A stretch of 64,000 nucleotides of DNA, taken from Methanothrix sp. GTDB taxonomy: Archaea > Halobacteriota > Methanosarcinia > Methanotrichales > Methanotrichaceae. How positions within the stretch are numbered: the first letter of the stretch is position 1; each line of letters starts with the position of its first letter. The stretch is taken from assembly GCA_963682135.1 (NCBI GenBank), contig OY821645.1:576001-640000 (forward strand), written 5' to 3'. The notes under the pieces were generated by a model. It ran no database searches. It was not told the DNA's origin and was given only the letters and a program-made list of their open reading frames with translations. Position numbers and translations under genes: made by a program. Below, in pieces: positions 51,726 to 62,152 of this stretch.

Positions 51726-54700
51726 TTATGCTTTTCCTTCCACAATCCGTTTCTCTTCCTCCGTCAATCCGTACAGCCTGTACACGACCGCATCGATCAG
51801 CTCATCCGTCTGCTTTATCCGCTCCCTCAAGGGCGCAAGCTTGCCCATCGACCCCTCGAACTCGGCTTTGAGGGCCTCCGCCGGCTCGCGTCTGGCCGGA
51901 TCGATGGCCAGTTTCTTGCTGTTCTTCTTGAGCACCGCCAAAAAGCTCTCATAATCGTGCTCGTAGTAGCCCTGCAGCTTTGTCTTGGGCGTGAGGTCCT
52001 CTACCTTTGCTCCCAGGTAGCTCTCCAACCAGCTTAGGAAGTCTTTGATCTCTTTCTGCTTCTGTTTGTTCATCTCCAACATCTTCTCCGCCAGGTGGGC
52101 CAGAAGATCGTGCACCACATCCGAGCGCTCCTGTTCGGCGATGAAATTGCCCTCCCCGTCTTTGGGCAGGCAGGCCTCCACGGCAGCCAGGATCTCGGCG
52201 TGCTTGCCATCGGCATAGAGCTGCATCAGCTCCGCCCCCAGGCGGGCGCGCTCGGGCGCGGGGGTGGTGAAGGATATGCGGCGGATGGGGAGCTCAGAAA
52301 CAAGAGGGGCTCTGAAATTTATCCCACCATCCATACTCAGGTTCCCATATACCTCCTTGATAAAAAATGTCATTAATTTGGAATTTAGTATCGTTAATAT
52401 ACAGGATAGATTATAATTTGTAGACGATCCCTCAAAAATAATAGCAGTAGATTTGCCTGCAATATATTCTCCATTTTTATCCAAGAATGTTTCAAAGTGC
52501 CTTATTCCAGAAACAATTATTTTTTTGGTGGATGATTGCATGAACCTCTTTGGAAAGCTTTTTTGAAAATCGCTTTTTTTAACGGCTGGCATATTGTAAT
52601 TACGTTTTAAATATGTGGTTGGTTCTACCCCCCACAACGAAGTATACCTGTCAATTGTACCAGTTACTATAAACTTAAAGTCCTCTGAATCTTCTTGTTT
52701 TGTATCTCTTAATAGTGCGGGTAATTCATAAGCTTCTGAAACTGTTGAAGCTTCCTTAACAATAAAAATTTCAGATAGCATTTGACTCGCTTCTTGCACT
52801 TTGATTAGCATGATGGGATCTTTAGAAAATATGATCCCCCAATTTTTTGTAGCATAAAAATTTTTTGTATTAATATAGTTGTTTAATATTTTCAAATAGT
52901 TTTTATCAAAGATTTCGATATTAAGTTCTTGATGAGTCTGTTTGTCCATGAAAACAACGACTGGAAATATTGAGGCCTCTTCGAAAACTTTAGCTTTAGA
53001 ATAATCGGATATCCAATACAAATTCTCCTTAGAAAACTCCCTCAAAGATAATCCGTATCCAGCAGCGATCCACTTATTAGGCGTGATTAGTGATGCTTTT
53101 CCTTTGGTATTAATCAGTTGCAAGGCCAATTCCCAAAATGGTATGTATAAATCCCAATTTCCACTAGCAGTCTTAAACCGCTTTGATATTACATCTCTTT
53201 CAGCTGGTGAATTTTTCACCATATTTTCAGAATCAACATAGGGTGGGTTCCCGATAACCACATCGAATCCGGGATTTTCCCCGGCAAACGCTTCAGGAAA
53301 CTCCATCCTCCAGTGGAAGAATCGCTTCTCTTTCGCCAGCACCTGGGCTCTTGTGAACCAATCTTGTTCCCTCAGGTAGGACAAGTCCGGAAACTTCTCC
53401 GGGTTCAGGTGGTTTTGCAGCTCATAGTAATCGTCATCTTTCACTTTGTTCCCAAAGAACGAGGATAGCCAGACATTAGAAAGATCGTTTAGCCTTCGGG
53501 AGAGCTCTGATTCCTTGATCTGACGGAACTGCTCTTCTTTCCACTTTACCGTCTGCAAGTTATCGTCCGGCAGAGCTGCCATGAGTCTGTACCTACCGAG
53601 GAGTTTATCCGTGTGACTTTTCAGCCCAAAGCTCCAGATCTGCGTCTGCTCCGCCTGCCCGCCGGGCAGCACAGCGAGTTTTTCTAGCTCCGCTCCGATG
53701 AGGCTGTTTCCGCATCTCAAGTGATGGTCCAGGAAGCTCAGCGGCTTGTTGGAGGCAACTGTGGTAAGCCACAACGATAATTTGGCCAGCTCCACAGCCA
53801 TGGGGTTGAGATCCACGCCGTAGATACAATTTCTCACCACCTCGCGCCTAGCCCAATGAATGTCGTTCTCAGCTATCTCTTCCGATTCCAGCTCCTCGTG
53901 TCTGGCTATCTCTTTGGCATGAATAATCTCCCTGGCGATGTAATCAGTAGCCTCAACTAGGAAATGACCGGACCCCATGGCCGGATCGAGGACCTTCAGG
54001 GAAAGCAGCTTCTTGAGAAGATCCTTGCGCAGGTCCTCAGACCAGATGGCTTCCTCCATCATCGGATTTATCAATGGCGCAAGTGTGTTTTTCACCATGT
54101 GCTTCACGATATATTCCGGTGTGTAGAAGGAGCCGGTGGCCTTTCTCTCCCCCTTGTCCGTCACCAAATACAGGCCACCCGCCTCAACGCTGTCTGTGAA
54201 TTTCTTGCCGGCCTTGCTCGCCGGCAACCAGACCTCTTTGCCCTTTTCTTTGACGGCCACCATGGGCTCCCCGGCCAGGTGCAGCTTGTACTCAAGAATG
54301 CCTTCATAGATCGATCCCAGGTGTCGAATGTCCAGGGACGAATAATCTACGAAAACCATTTTTCCTTCGCCTGGGGAGCGTGCCAGGAGGTCAATGGCCC
54401 CTGCCAGATATGAGTTTCCTATCTTCTTTTGAGAGAGAAACGGATTTTTCAAGGGATCAAAGAGCCCGCCATTGTATGCCGGGATGTAGAACTCTTCCTT
54501 GGGATAGCCGAAGGCTTCACTACCATCGTTTATGAGGCGGAACAGGTCCTTGAGTCCCTCCCAGTAAGTAGATCTGACCGCCAGCATGCTCTCGCCCTGA
54601 TCCATCTTTTCTGAGATTTCTTCCTTCAGCTTGCGTAGACTCATTTCCCTGTAGTGCTTGTTGTCGGTGTTGAGAAGCTTCCTGCTCTCGGCATAGAAGA

Positions 54701-55652
54701 TGAAAAGCATTCGATAGAGCAGGCGCATGGAGTTATCCTGCACATCTCTTATGTCTTCCAACGCATGGGACAACGAGTTCGATTGCTCTGCAAAAAAACC
54801 TTCAGCCAGGACCTTCATTGCTTTATAGACATTCTCTTGCAGGTCATTTCCAACCTTCTGGGCGTATGCTGCGCTCTCCTCCCTTACTCTATCCAGGAAA
54901 GATGAACCGAGCGGAACCTGGGGAAAGGCTTCCAGCCGGAAGAAGAGATAAAAATACTTGAAAAGAGTGATATCGCCGCTCTCCTCGATCCGATTGATCA
55001 GCTCAGGGAGGTTTACCTCATAGTAACAGTCCATCTTGACGCTGGTGTCTTCATGGTAAAGCCTCCACATTCTCCCATTGGTGAGAATCGCCCACTTCGC
55101 AGGGGTTGCTCGCAGGTAGTTGTCAATCTGATAGCTTGGATTGGCCATGTCTCTCTGAGCTTTCCCCTGGCGGCTCTTGTCCAGAGCTACATTCCAGGCT
55201 TTTGCATCCCCTACGACAACGGCCTTTTTGTAGAAACCTTCTGAGTCTTTCTTGTGTGAATAAGCCTCATCGAGCGTCTTTCTATCTGGAAAGAAGGCAT
55301 AGTCGGGTTTCAGAGGGTCATGATGCACGCTTTCTTGAACCCCGTAATGATGACCGAGTTTGTCAAAGGCCGGCCTGATCAAATTGTGCTCCAGATCCGC
55401 CTCAACGTACCTTTCGAAATTTTTCCCTTTCCGCTCGAAGATCTCTTTTATTTGAGAGAATGTTTCACGGAGACGGGCATCATCATCATCCCATTCTGGA
55501 ACCTTCTGGATCATATTCTCTAAGTAATGATTTGAAAAAAGGCCGCTGTTATTGAACGCATTTATAGTCGTTGTTGTCTCCGTGGTTGCCGCCAATTGCC
55601 TATCCTCCGAGTAAGGATCATTCATCATATCCAAAAGCTTTGCGGGAAGCAA
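51726..55652 (-). CDS. Type IIG (Eco57I-like) restriction-modification enzyme
   Basis: PDYAFF...GDAKAW nuclease, LTNGRMWRLY, GSFYTP, LDPAMGSGHFL, FDVVIGNPPY m6A MTase, TaqI_C-like specificity domain. Confidence 0.9.
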   Translation of the reverse strand: MLPAKLLDMMNDPYSEDRQLAATTETTTTINAFNNSGLFSNHYLENMIQKVPEWDDDDARLRETFSQIKEIFERKGKNFERYVEADLEHNLIRPAFDKLGHHYGVQESVHHDPLKPDYAFFPDRKTLDEAYSHKKDSEGFYKKAVVVGDAKAWNVALDKSRQGKAQRDMANPSYQIDNYLRATPAKWAILTNGRMWRLYHEDTSVKMDCYYEVNLPELINRIEESGDITLFKYFYLFFRLEAFPQVPLGSSFLDRVREESAAYAQKVGNDLQENVYKAMKVLAEGFFAEQSNSLSHALEDIRDVQDNSMRLLYRMLFIFYAESRKLLNTDNKHYREMSLRKLKEEISEKMDQGESMLAVRSTYWEGLKDLFRLINDGSEAFGYPKEEFYIPAYNGGLFDPLKNPFLSQKKIGNSYLAGAIDLLARSPGEGKMVFVDYSSLDIRHLGSIYEGILEYKLHLAGEPMVAVKEKGKEVWLPASKAGKKFTDSVEAGGLYLVTDKGERKATGSFYTPEYIVKHMVKNTLAPLINPMMEEAIWSEDLRKDLLKKLLSLKVLDPAMGSGHFLVEATDYIAREIIHAKEIARHEELESEEIAENDIHWARREVVRNCIYGVDLNPMAVELAKLSLWLTTVASNKPLSFLDHHLRCGNSLIGAELEKLAVLPGGQAEQTQIWSFGLKSHTDKLLGRYRLMAALPDDNLQTVKWKEEQFRQIKESELSRRLNDLSNVWLSSFFGNKVKDDDYYELQNHLNPEKFPDLSYLREQDWFTRAQVLAKEKRFFHWRMEFPEAFAGENPGFDVVIGNPPYVDSENMVKNSPAERDVISKRFKTASGNWDLYIPFWELALQLINTKGKASLITPNKWIAAGYGLSLREFSKENLYWISDYSKAKVFEEASIFPVVVFMDKQTHQELNIEIFDKNYLKILNNYINTKNFYATKNWGIIFSKDPIMLIKVQEASQMLSEIFIVKEASTVSEAYELPALLRDTKQEDSEDFKFIVTGTIDRYTSLWGVEPTTYLKRNYNMPAVKKSDFQKSFPKRFMQSSTKKIIVSGIRHFETFLDKNGEYIAGKSTAIIFEGSSTNYNLSCILTILNSKLMTFFIKEVYGNLSMDGGINFRAPLVSELPIRRISFTTPAPERARLGAELMQLYADGKHAEILAAVEACLPKDGEGNFIAEQERSDVVHDLLAHLAEKMLEMNKQKQKEIKDFLSWLESYLGAKVEDLTPKTKLQGYYEHDYESFLAVLKKNSKKLAIDPARREPAEALKAEFEGSMGKLAPLRERIKQTDELIDAVVYRLYGLTEEEKRIVEGKA

Positions 55653-56199
55653 TTGGATTGCGTGGCCTGGATATCATGGCGCGCGGCAGGCCGGCAGCCG
55701 GGAGAGATCCGGGGGCACAGGGACAGGCGGCAGATATCCGGGTGCCATGCAGGCCGAAGGAGATGCCTTTCAGGGGGCGGAAGATATTGGACGCGCTGGT
55801 CTTTTTAAGGCGATTTTCTCGCGGCTACAGGAAGGCGAATTGTACTTTCTGGCGGAAACTCACTGGGCTGACCGATATCGCCAGTCAAGCGGTGAAGTCC
55901 AGGCCGCAGGCGGTCTGCGGGTCCTGGGGATCGCACTCGTTGGAGCGTTGCCTGGTAGTAGAGAGCCCGCAAGCTGTCACACTTCTTGCTCGAAGATGAC
56001 GCCCAGATCTTGGGTGACTATGGGACGCCTTGGGGTCCGCGGCCAGGGCTCGCGTGGCGTGCTCACTGGAGCGCAGCAGGTACGCCCGTCCGCTGGCAGC
56101 CGAGCCCCAGGGCCATGCAGGCGTCAAGCGGCTGAGAGCGAGCTATCGGCTGCGGTTTAGCAGCTCAATCACCGGTCTAGCTAGCCAAGGTCTACGGTG

Positions 56200-56415
56200 C
56201 ATAGGCCCGGGTTGTAAAGGAGGTCGGGATTCTCGGGGTCCTGGCGGAGGAGTTCCTGGGGCCTGCGACCTTCAATGCGTACATGGATCTGAAGTTCTTC
56301 CTGGAAGATTTGCTGCAGCGCCCTGTAGATTTGGTGACCCGTAAATCTATTCGGCCCAGGATCAAAGCACAGGTAGATAGCGAGGCCCAATATGTCGAGG
56401 GACTATCTGCATGAG
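56200..56415 (+). pseudogene. MNT nucleotidyltransferase remnant, overlapped by a truncated HEPN start
   Basis: TFNAYMDLKFFLEDLLQRPVDLVTRKSIRPRIKAQVDSEAQYV; overlapping ATG reads MSRDYLH; N-terminal GS motif degraded. Confidence 0.65.
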
Positions 56416-56422
56416 ATAAAAT

Positions 56423-57151
56423 TCACATTGGTTTTCTTCCCACCATCAGGGCAATGCAAAGGTACTGCCAGAGCACATTGACCTGCACAAATCCCGCTTG
56501 CCTCCACCACTCTTCCTTCTCAGCCCTGCTGGCGTAGTAGTGTGTCTCTTGCTCGCTTCGCAGCCGGGCCACGAAGTCGGATAGCTTGGGATCAACTGCC
56601 GCTCTCCTGCGCTCCATCTCTTCGAAGAACCACACCTGCATGTCGCTTCCCGCTTGCGAGTAGCCTTCCGCTGCCAGGAGCCAGCCACCTGGTCTAAGCA
56701 GACGATAGCATTTGGCAATGGCTGCTTGGTAACGATCAAAGGGCAGGTGCTCCAGGACCAGAGTGGAGATGATGCCGTCATACCCTTCGCCCACCAGGCC
56801 CTTGCCCACGATTCCTTCATCCCAATCGCTTCCTGAAAGGTCCGCCACCTTGCGGCCCAGGATTGCCTGCGGGCGGGCGCAGGAGATCTTCTCCTCAGCT
56901 ACTCTCACCATTCTTCCAGAGCCGTCGATGAGAAAGACTCCGGCCGAGGGCATCTTCTGCAGTACTGCCAGAGCGGCATTGCCGGTTCCGCAGCCCAGAT
57001 CGATGAGCCTGGCATCTTGCGGCAGATAGCGCTGGCATGCCTCGGCTGTGAGGTCGAGCATCTCCTGATAGCCGGGGACAACGGCAGACTGGTAGAGGTC
57101 GTAGTCCCTGGCATGTCTGTCGTAGCATGAGACGGTTAAGTCCACTTTCAT
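56423..57151 (-). CDS. Class I SAM-dependent methyltransferase
   Basis: IDLGCGTG, LVLEHL, LRPGGWL. Confidence 0.88.
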   Translation of the reverse strand: MKVDLTVSCYDRHARDYDLYQSAVVPGYQEMLDLTAEACQRYLPQDARLIDLGCGTGNAALAVLQKMPSAGVFLIDGSGRMVRVAEEKISCARPQAILGRKVADLSGSDWDEGIVGKGLVGEGYDGIISTLVLEHLPFDRYQAAIAKCYRLLRPGGWLLAAEGYSQAGSDMQVWFFEEMERRRAAVDPKLSDFVARLRSEQETHYYASRAEKEEWWRQAGFVQVNVLWQYLCIALMVGRKPM

Positions 57152-57223
57152 CGCTTCATGTCTGTTATTATCATTATTTAATTTTCGCGCAAATCTCGCA
57201 TGCATTCATGAATTCAAATAAAT

Positions 57224-58483
57224 TCAAAGAAGCTGCCAGTAAACCAGCACATTAAGAATTGTCAATGGCACCCCTACCCTGGCAAACTCCAGGAAGGTCA
57301 GTGTCTCGCCGCTCTTCTCAGCATTCTGGATGATTATCACATTGCTCGCCGCACCTAAGATGAAGAGATTCCCGGCAATGGTGCTCCCGGCAGCCAGGGC
57401 CATGAGCGCCTGCGGGGATGGATTGGCAAGCAGCGGCTGGCAGAGGGCAACCATTGGCACATTGGAGATGAGCTGGCTTAGGAGGACGCTAAAGGCCAGA
57501 ATAGTAGGAATAGAGGCCAGATCCGCTTTTGATCCGGCCAAAAGAGACTGAAAAGAGCCCGAACTCCAGACCGCATCCATGAGAACGAACATGGCTGCAA
57601 AGAAAACTAGAGTGCACCAATCTATGCCCTTCAGAACCTTGTACCTGTTGCTGCTGAAAAGAAGGATGGGCAGCGCCGAGATAAGGGCGATGTAGGTCAG
57701 CCGGAACTCGCCGCCAACGCCTAAAGAAACTGCTGCCATCTTGGCCAGAATCATTACGAAAAGCAGAATAAAAGATATGCGGGATAGACGTGCCAATGCC
57801 GGATCGGTGACCCTTTCCTGGCATATCTCCAGGGTTCTTTTCTGAAACTGCTCTTTGTAGAAGACTCTGAGCAGCAAATAGGCCAGCAGAAGATTGGCAA
57901 TGGTGGGCAGCAGCAGGTAATGCAGAAAGACAAGAAATGGATTGGACAGATCCGAGTTGACGGCGATGAGCAGATTTTGCGGATTGCCGATGGGACTCAC
58001 GGCGCTGCCTATGGTCACGGCAAAGGCCAGCGTCAAGAGCAGAAGCTTGGGGTCTATTTTGAGCGTTCGGGCAAAGTAGAGCATGAGCGGCGTGCCGATG
58101 ATGGCCAGGGTGTCATTCATGAGCAGAGCCGAGAGAAATCCCATAGCAAAAAGAATGAGAAGCAGAAGCTGATCGAGATTTTGGGCCCGGCAAAAGATTC
58201 GATTGAACCGGAAAAGGAGATAGCCGCTTCTCTGCATAGACTCCCCAATCACGAACATTGCTCCCAGAAATACCATCACATCCAGGTTTATGGCGCCTAG
58301 CGCCTCCGCTGGAGATATCTGCCCGGTGAAAAGAACCAATAATGCGCCCAGCAGCATAATCTGCCAGATGGCAAGGCTATTCTTGCCCATCTGACGGACG
58401 GCTATGAGGATCAGAACGGCGGCTAAAGCCATGACGGAGATATTGGCATTATTTAGGGCTTCGAGCATCGCAAGACCTCGCAA
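57224..58483 (-). CDS. ArsB/NhaD/SLC13-family anion transporter
   Basis: SALLMND, SPIGNPQN, ISNVP, GAASNVII. Confidence 0.85.
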   Translation of the reverse strand: MRGLAMLEALNNANISVMALAAVLILIAVRQMGKNSLAIWQIMLLGALLVLFTGQISPAEALGAINLDVMVFLGAMFVIGESMQRSGYLLFRFNRIFCRAQNLDQLLLLILFAMGFLSALLMNDTLAIIGTPLMLYFARTLKIDPKLLLLTLAFAVTIGSAVSPIGNPQNLLIAVNSDLSNPFLVFLHYLLLPTIANLLLAYLLLRVFYKEQFQKRTLEICQERVTDPALARLSRISFILLFVMILAKMAAVSLGVGGEFRLTYIALISALPILLFSSNRYKVLKGIDWCTLVFFAAMFVLMDAVWSSGSFQSLLAGSKADLASIPTILAFSVLLSQLISNVPMVALCQPLLANPSPQALMALAAGSTIAGNLFILGAASNVIIIQNAEKSGETLTFLEFARVGVPLTILNVLVYWQLL

Positions 58484-58729
58484 TCCATGCAGATGGACTT
58501 ATAGTTTTCCCAGAGTCACTCCATTATCCACGCATAGTTGTGTCTTGCTCCCAAGTCCATACACTCGATTACGCCTTTGGATATGCATAAATTGTAATAT
58601 ATATTCCTGACCGACACCCTTATAGCTTGTTATAATGCTACATGCTACCACACACCACAGCTTTCCCCTGGAAAGCCGCAATTTGTGTGTAGTCCGGGCT
58701 GAAGGGACTGCAATCAGGCAGCATTATGG

Positions 58730-58930
58730 TTGGTGATAGTCGTGCTTGGCATCGATGATCCTTGGATCTGGGGAGTTTATCTTCTTTGTATCATTAGCGC
58801 GCTTTTATGCGTGGTTTACGGATTCGTAAACTGGAATAAAGAAGGAGAGCTGGAGGCATTAGAAATAAAAGAGGAAGCCGACTGGGAAGCCGGTGAAGAA
58901 GAGATGCAGGAAAAAGAGATGGGATTGTGA
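58730..58930 (+). CDS. Symporter small accessory membrane protein
   Basis: LGIDDPWIWGVYLLCIISALLCVVYGFVNWN, acidic tail, directly before the symporter. Confidence 0.8.
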   Translation: MVIVVLGIDDPWIWGVYLLCIISALLCVVYGFVNWNKEGELEALEIKEEADWEAGEEEMQEKEMGL

Positions 58931-58935
58931 TCTAA

Positions 58936-60522
58936 ATGAATCTTACTCTTCTATATATTATTGTTCTGATCTACCTTCTTGCTACCATTTATCTAGGTTA
59001 TAGAGGCTGGAAGTCAACCAAGGACTCAGAGGGCTACCTGGTGGCGGGCAGAAAGACACATCCCTATATCATGGCCATGAGCTACGGGGCTACCTTCATC
59101 AGCACTTCGGCCATCGTAGGCTTCGGCGGCTCAGCCGGCCTCTTCGGCATGGGCCTCCTGTGGTTGACGCTGCTCAACATATTCGTAGGTATCTTTTTGG
59201 CCTTCATTGTTTATGGCAAACGCACCCGAAAGATAGGACACAACCTCAATGCTATGACCTTTCCCGAGCTATTAGGAAAAAGATTCGATAGCAAATTCAT
59301 CCAGTATTTCAGCGGGCTTGTCATCTTCTTCGGCATGCCGCTTTACGCCTCGGTGGTTCTGATCGGTGCTGCGCGCTTCATGGAGACTACTTTAGCTATC
59401 GACTTTAAAGTTGCACTGCTTATTTACTCCCTCATAATCACCGCTTATGTGTTCTGGGGAGGCATACGCGGCGTCATGTATACCGATGCCATGCAGGGAA
59501 CCATTATGTTCGTGGGTATGGTCTTTCTCCTGATTATGACCTACAACAATCTGGGTGGAATCACCGCGGCTCACCAGGCGCTAACCGATATGGCCCACCT
59601 GGTTCCAGCGAAGTTCGCCGCCATGGGCCACACCGGATGGACATCTATGCCTGCCTTCGGCAGCACCTGGTGGTGGACACTGGTATCAACCATTGTCATG
59701 GGCGTGGGCATTGGAGTCTTAGCCATGCCACAGCTTGTCGTGCGGTTTATGACTGTAAAATCCAATCGGGAGCTCAATCGGGGCGTTCTCATCGGCGGCA
59801 TCTTCATTTTAGCCATGACGGGCGTGGCCTTCGTGGTAGGATCTCTCTCTAATGTCTTCTTCAATCAGAACATGGGAAATATATCCGTAAACATAGCCAA
59901 AGGCAATGCAGACAGCATAATTCCCATATACATCAATGCCGCAACTCCGGAGTGGTTCGTCTACCTGTTCATGCTCACCCTTCTGGCTGCAGCCATGTCT
60001 ACATCCAGCTCCCAGTTTCATGCTCAGGGAAGCGCTATTGCCAGGGATATTTATGAGACATTGACTAATAAAAAAGGCGGCGAATCGATACTGATTACGA
60101 GGGCTGGAATAGTAATAGCTGTCATAATTGCCGTCACTCTGGGAGTAATTCTTCCCGATAACATAATAGCCCGCGGCACGGCCATCTTCTTCGGCCTGTG
60201 CGCTGCTGCCTTCCTGCCCATGTACACCAGCGCACTCTACTGGCGAGGTGCAACCAAAGCCGGTGCCATTGCCGGGCTTATTACCGGTACCTTTGTGACC
60301 GTCTTCTGGTATCTGTTCATCCATAAAGCGGAAGCCGTGCCTCTCGGCATATGCAAGATGCTTCTGGGCAGGGAAGTGCTGATAGCTTCGATGCCCTGGC
60401 CGGTGGTAGATCCGATATTAGTAGCCCTACCGCTGGCGATACTGGCAACCGTGGCCGTAAGCCTGATGACAAAGAGACCAGGAGATAAACATCTGGAGGA
60501 ATGCTTCAAAGGAATAAAATAA
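58936..60522 (+). CDS. Sodium:solute symporter (SSS family)
   Basis: YLVAGR, ATFISTSA, GGIRGVMYTD, PQLVVRFM, AAAMST. Confidence 0.9.
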   Translation: MNLTLLYIIVLIYLLATIYLGYRGWKSTKDSEGYLVAGRKTHPYIMAMSYGATFISTSAIVGFGGSAGLFGMGLLWLTLLNIFVGIFLAFIVYGKRTRKIGHNLNAMTFPELLGKRFDSKFIQYFSGLVIFFGMPLYASVVLIGAARFMETTLAIDFKVALLIYSLIITAYVFWGGIRGVMYTDAMQGTIMFVGMVFLLIMTYNNLGGITAAHQALTDMAHLVPAKFAAMGHTGWTSMPAFGSTWWWTLVSTIVMGVGIGVLAMPQLVVRFMTVKSNRELNRGVLIGGIFILAMTGVAFVVGSLSNVFFNQNMGNISVNIAKGNADSIIPIYINAATPEWFVYLFMLTLLAAAMSTSSSQFHAQGSAIARDIYETLTNKKGGESILITRAGIVIAVIIAVTLGVILPDNIIARGTAIFFGLCAAAFLPMYTSALYWRGATKAGAIAGLITGTFVTVFWYLFIHKAEAVPLGICKMLLGREVLIASMPWPVVDPILVALPLAILATVAVSLMTKRPGDKHLEECFKGIK

Positions 60523-60683
60523 AAATTCTTTTTATTATTTTTGTTTTTTACATTGTTGCTGGGGCGCTATCTTGCTGCCACAATTGCAATTATAAAGTTT
60601 GAAGGCATTAGTCCAACTGATAGATGAGGACAGAAAAGCTAAAAGCCTATGCCATATTGAAGATCTCTTGGAGATGACATTGA

Positions 60684-61100
60684 ATGAAGCTTATCGCGGC
60701 GATAGCCGTCTTAATTATGCTCATAATAGCCGTTCCTCAGGCTCTTGGGGAGATGACCGATTACCAGAAAGGAGTGGCCAATGGGCTTCGGATTGGACTA
60801 TTTATGGGCGAGTATCATGGAAAAGGCCAGTACGTGATGGAGACTGCCGGACAGTTCAATACATACCTGGAAAACTATAACCAGTTCCTTTGGGGGGCTT
60901 TTGCCAACAATCAAACCTTGATTAATGAGTTCATGCTCTCACCCATCCAGGTTGGGCTGCGATCCTCAAGCACCGGCGTGCTAAAGCCGGATGCCAGCGG
61001 AAGAATTCTTGGCTATCCTGCCGATTCCTACTTCACCTGGATTGGTGCGGTTCCTGGAACAAAACCCCTAAATCCAGGGGATGCGCTACCCGGCGTATAG
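60684..61100 (+). CDS. Secreted hypothetical protein
   Basis: Signal peptide MKLIAAIAVLIMLIIAVPQALG. Confidence 0.7.
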   Translation: MKLIAAIAVLIMLIIAVPQALGEMTDYQKGVANGLRIGLFMGEYHGKGQYVMETAGQFNTYLENYNQFLWGAFANNQTLINEFMLSPIQVGLRSSSTGVLKPDASGRILGYPADSYFTWIGAVPGTKPLNPGDALPGV

Positions 61101-61110
61101 ATGATGATTC

Positions 61111-62151
61111 ATGCAACTCGATCTGCCAATTCGTCTGGGTAAGAAAAATTGGTTGATAGTCTTCACGCTAGCTCTGGTCGTCTTGCTTTCTTACTACATC
61201 TGGCCGCTTCTCGATGGCCTTGTTCTGGGCCTCGTCTTCGCCTACGTGGGCAGACCGGTGCGAGATCTATTCGGAGCGAATAGGCGCATCGGCTCACTGG
61301 CGGCTATCATCTGTATCGTCGTTCCGCTTTCCGCAATCTTTGCAGCGGGAGTTATCGAGACGTCAAGCCAGATCAGATGGCTGGAGAGCCATGAGAGAGT
61401 GATCGTCTCTCTCATCTTTGAACTTGTCTCAAGAGTCCATATTCCGCAAGCAATATTCGATGAAATCTCGCGTGGGATGGCTAATTTGATGGGAATGGGC
61501 CTCAATCTCTTGGCCAGTTTGCCGGTCTTCAGCCTGGGATCAACCATAACCCTCGGCATTGTCAACTTCTTGATCGCCTTTTGCGTCTGCTACTTTTTAT
61601 TGCTCGATGCAGATCGACTCGCCAAAGCCGTAAGGGAGCTTTTCAATCTGGATGAGGGCAGCTTTGAGTTGCGTTGTTTGGTGAGAATTGATAGCATTCT
61701 TTGCGGGGTTTATATGGGCAGCATCTACACCGCCATCGTGGGCGGGATTACCTCAGTGGCCATCTTTTACGTATTTGAAGTTCCCCGGCCCTTTGCCATG
61801 GCCAGCATAGTCTTTCTGGCGGGAATGGTGCCCTTTTTGACCTGGCTGGTCTTCATACCTACGGCGATAGGCCGGTATATCGAGATCGGCCCCCTGGATG
61901 CCTGGCTCTTCTTCCTGGCAGCCTCAATTCTGGTTCATATCGCGGAGTTGGTCATCCGGCCTTACATCGTCTACACCAAATCATCGCTACATCCTCTGTT
62001 GGTGCTGCTTGCCTTCCTGGGTGGCGGGCTTGTTGCCGGAATTGCGGGCTTCTTCCTGGCTCCGGCGATGGTTGGGGTGGTGACGGGAATTTATCGGGTG
62101 ATGACTGAAGAGAGGACGAGAAGGAACAAAGAAATCGGATGTTCATCTTGA
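61111..62151 (+). CDS. AI-2E family transporter
   Basis: Multi-TM, IRPYI...LHPLLVLLAFLGG...GFFLAP. Confidence 0.85.
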   Translation: MQLDLPIRLGKKNWLIVFTLALVVLLSYYIWPLLDGLVLGLVFAYVGRPVRDLFGANRRIGSLAAIICIVVPLSAIFAAGVIETSSQIRWLESHERVIVSLIFELVSRVHIPQAIFDEISRGMANLMGMGLNLLASLPVFSLGSTITLGIVNFLIAFCVCYFLLLDADRLAKAVRELFNLDEGSFELRCLVRIDSILCGVYMGSIYTAIVGGITSVAIFYVFEVPRPFAMASIVFLAGMVPFLTWLVFIPTAIGRYIEIGPLDAWLFFLAASILVHIAELVIRPYIVYTKSSLHPLLVLLAFLGGGLVAGIAGFFLAPAMVGVVTGIYRVMTEERTRRNKEIGCSS

Positions 62152-62152
62152 T

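Noticed and set aside
55660-56180. GC-rich ORFs upstream of the R-M gene as a possible transposase remnant
   Set aside because: No DDE or HUH motif or terminal inverted repeats recognised; left uncalled
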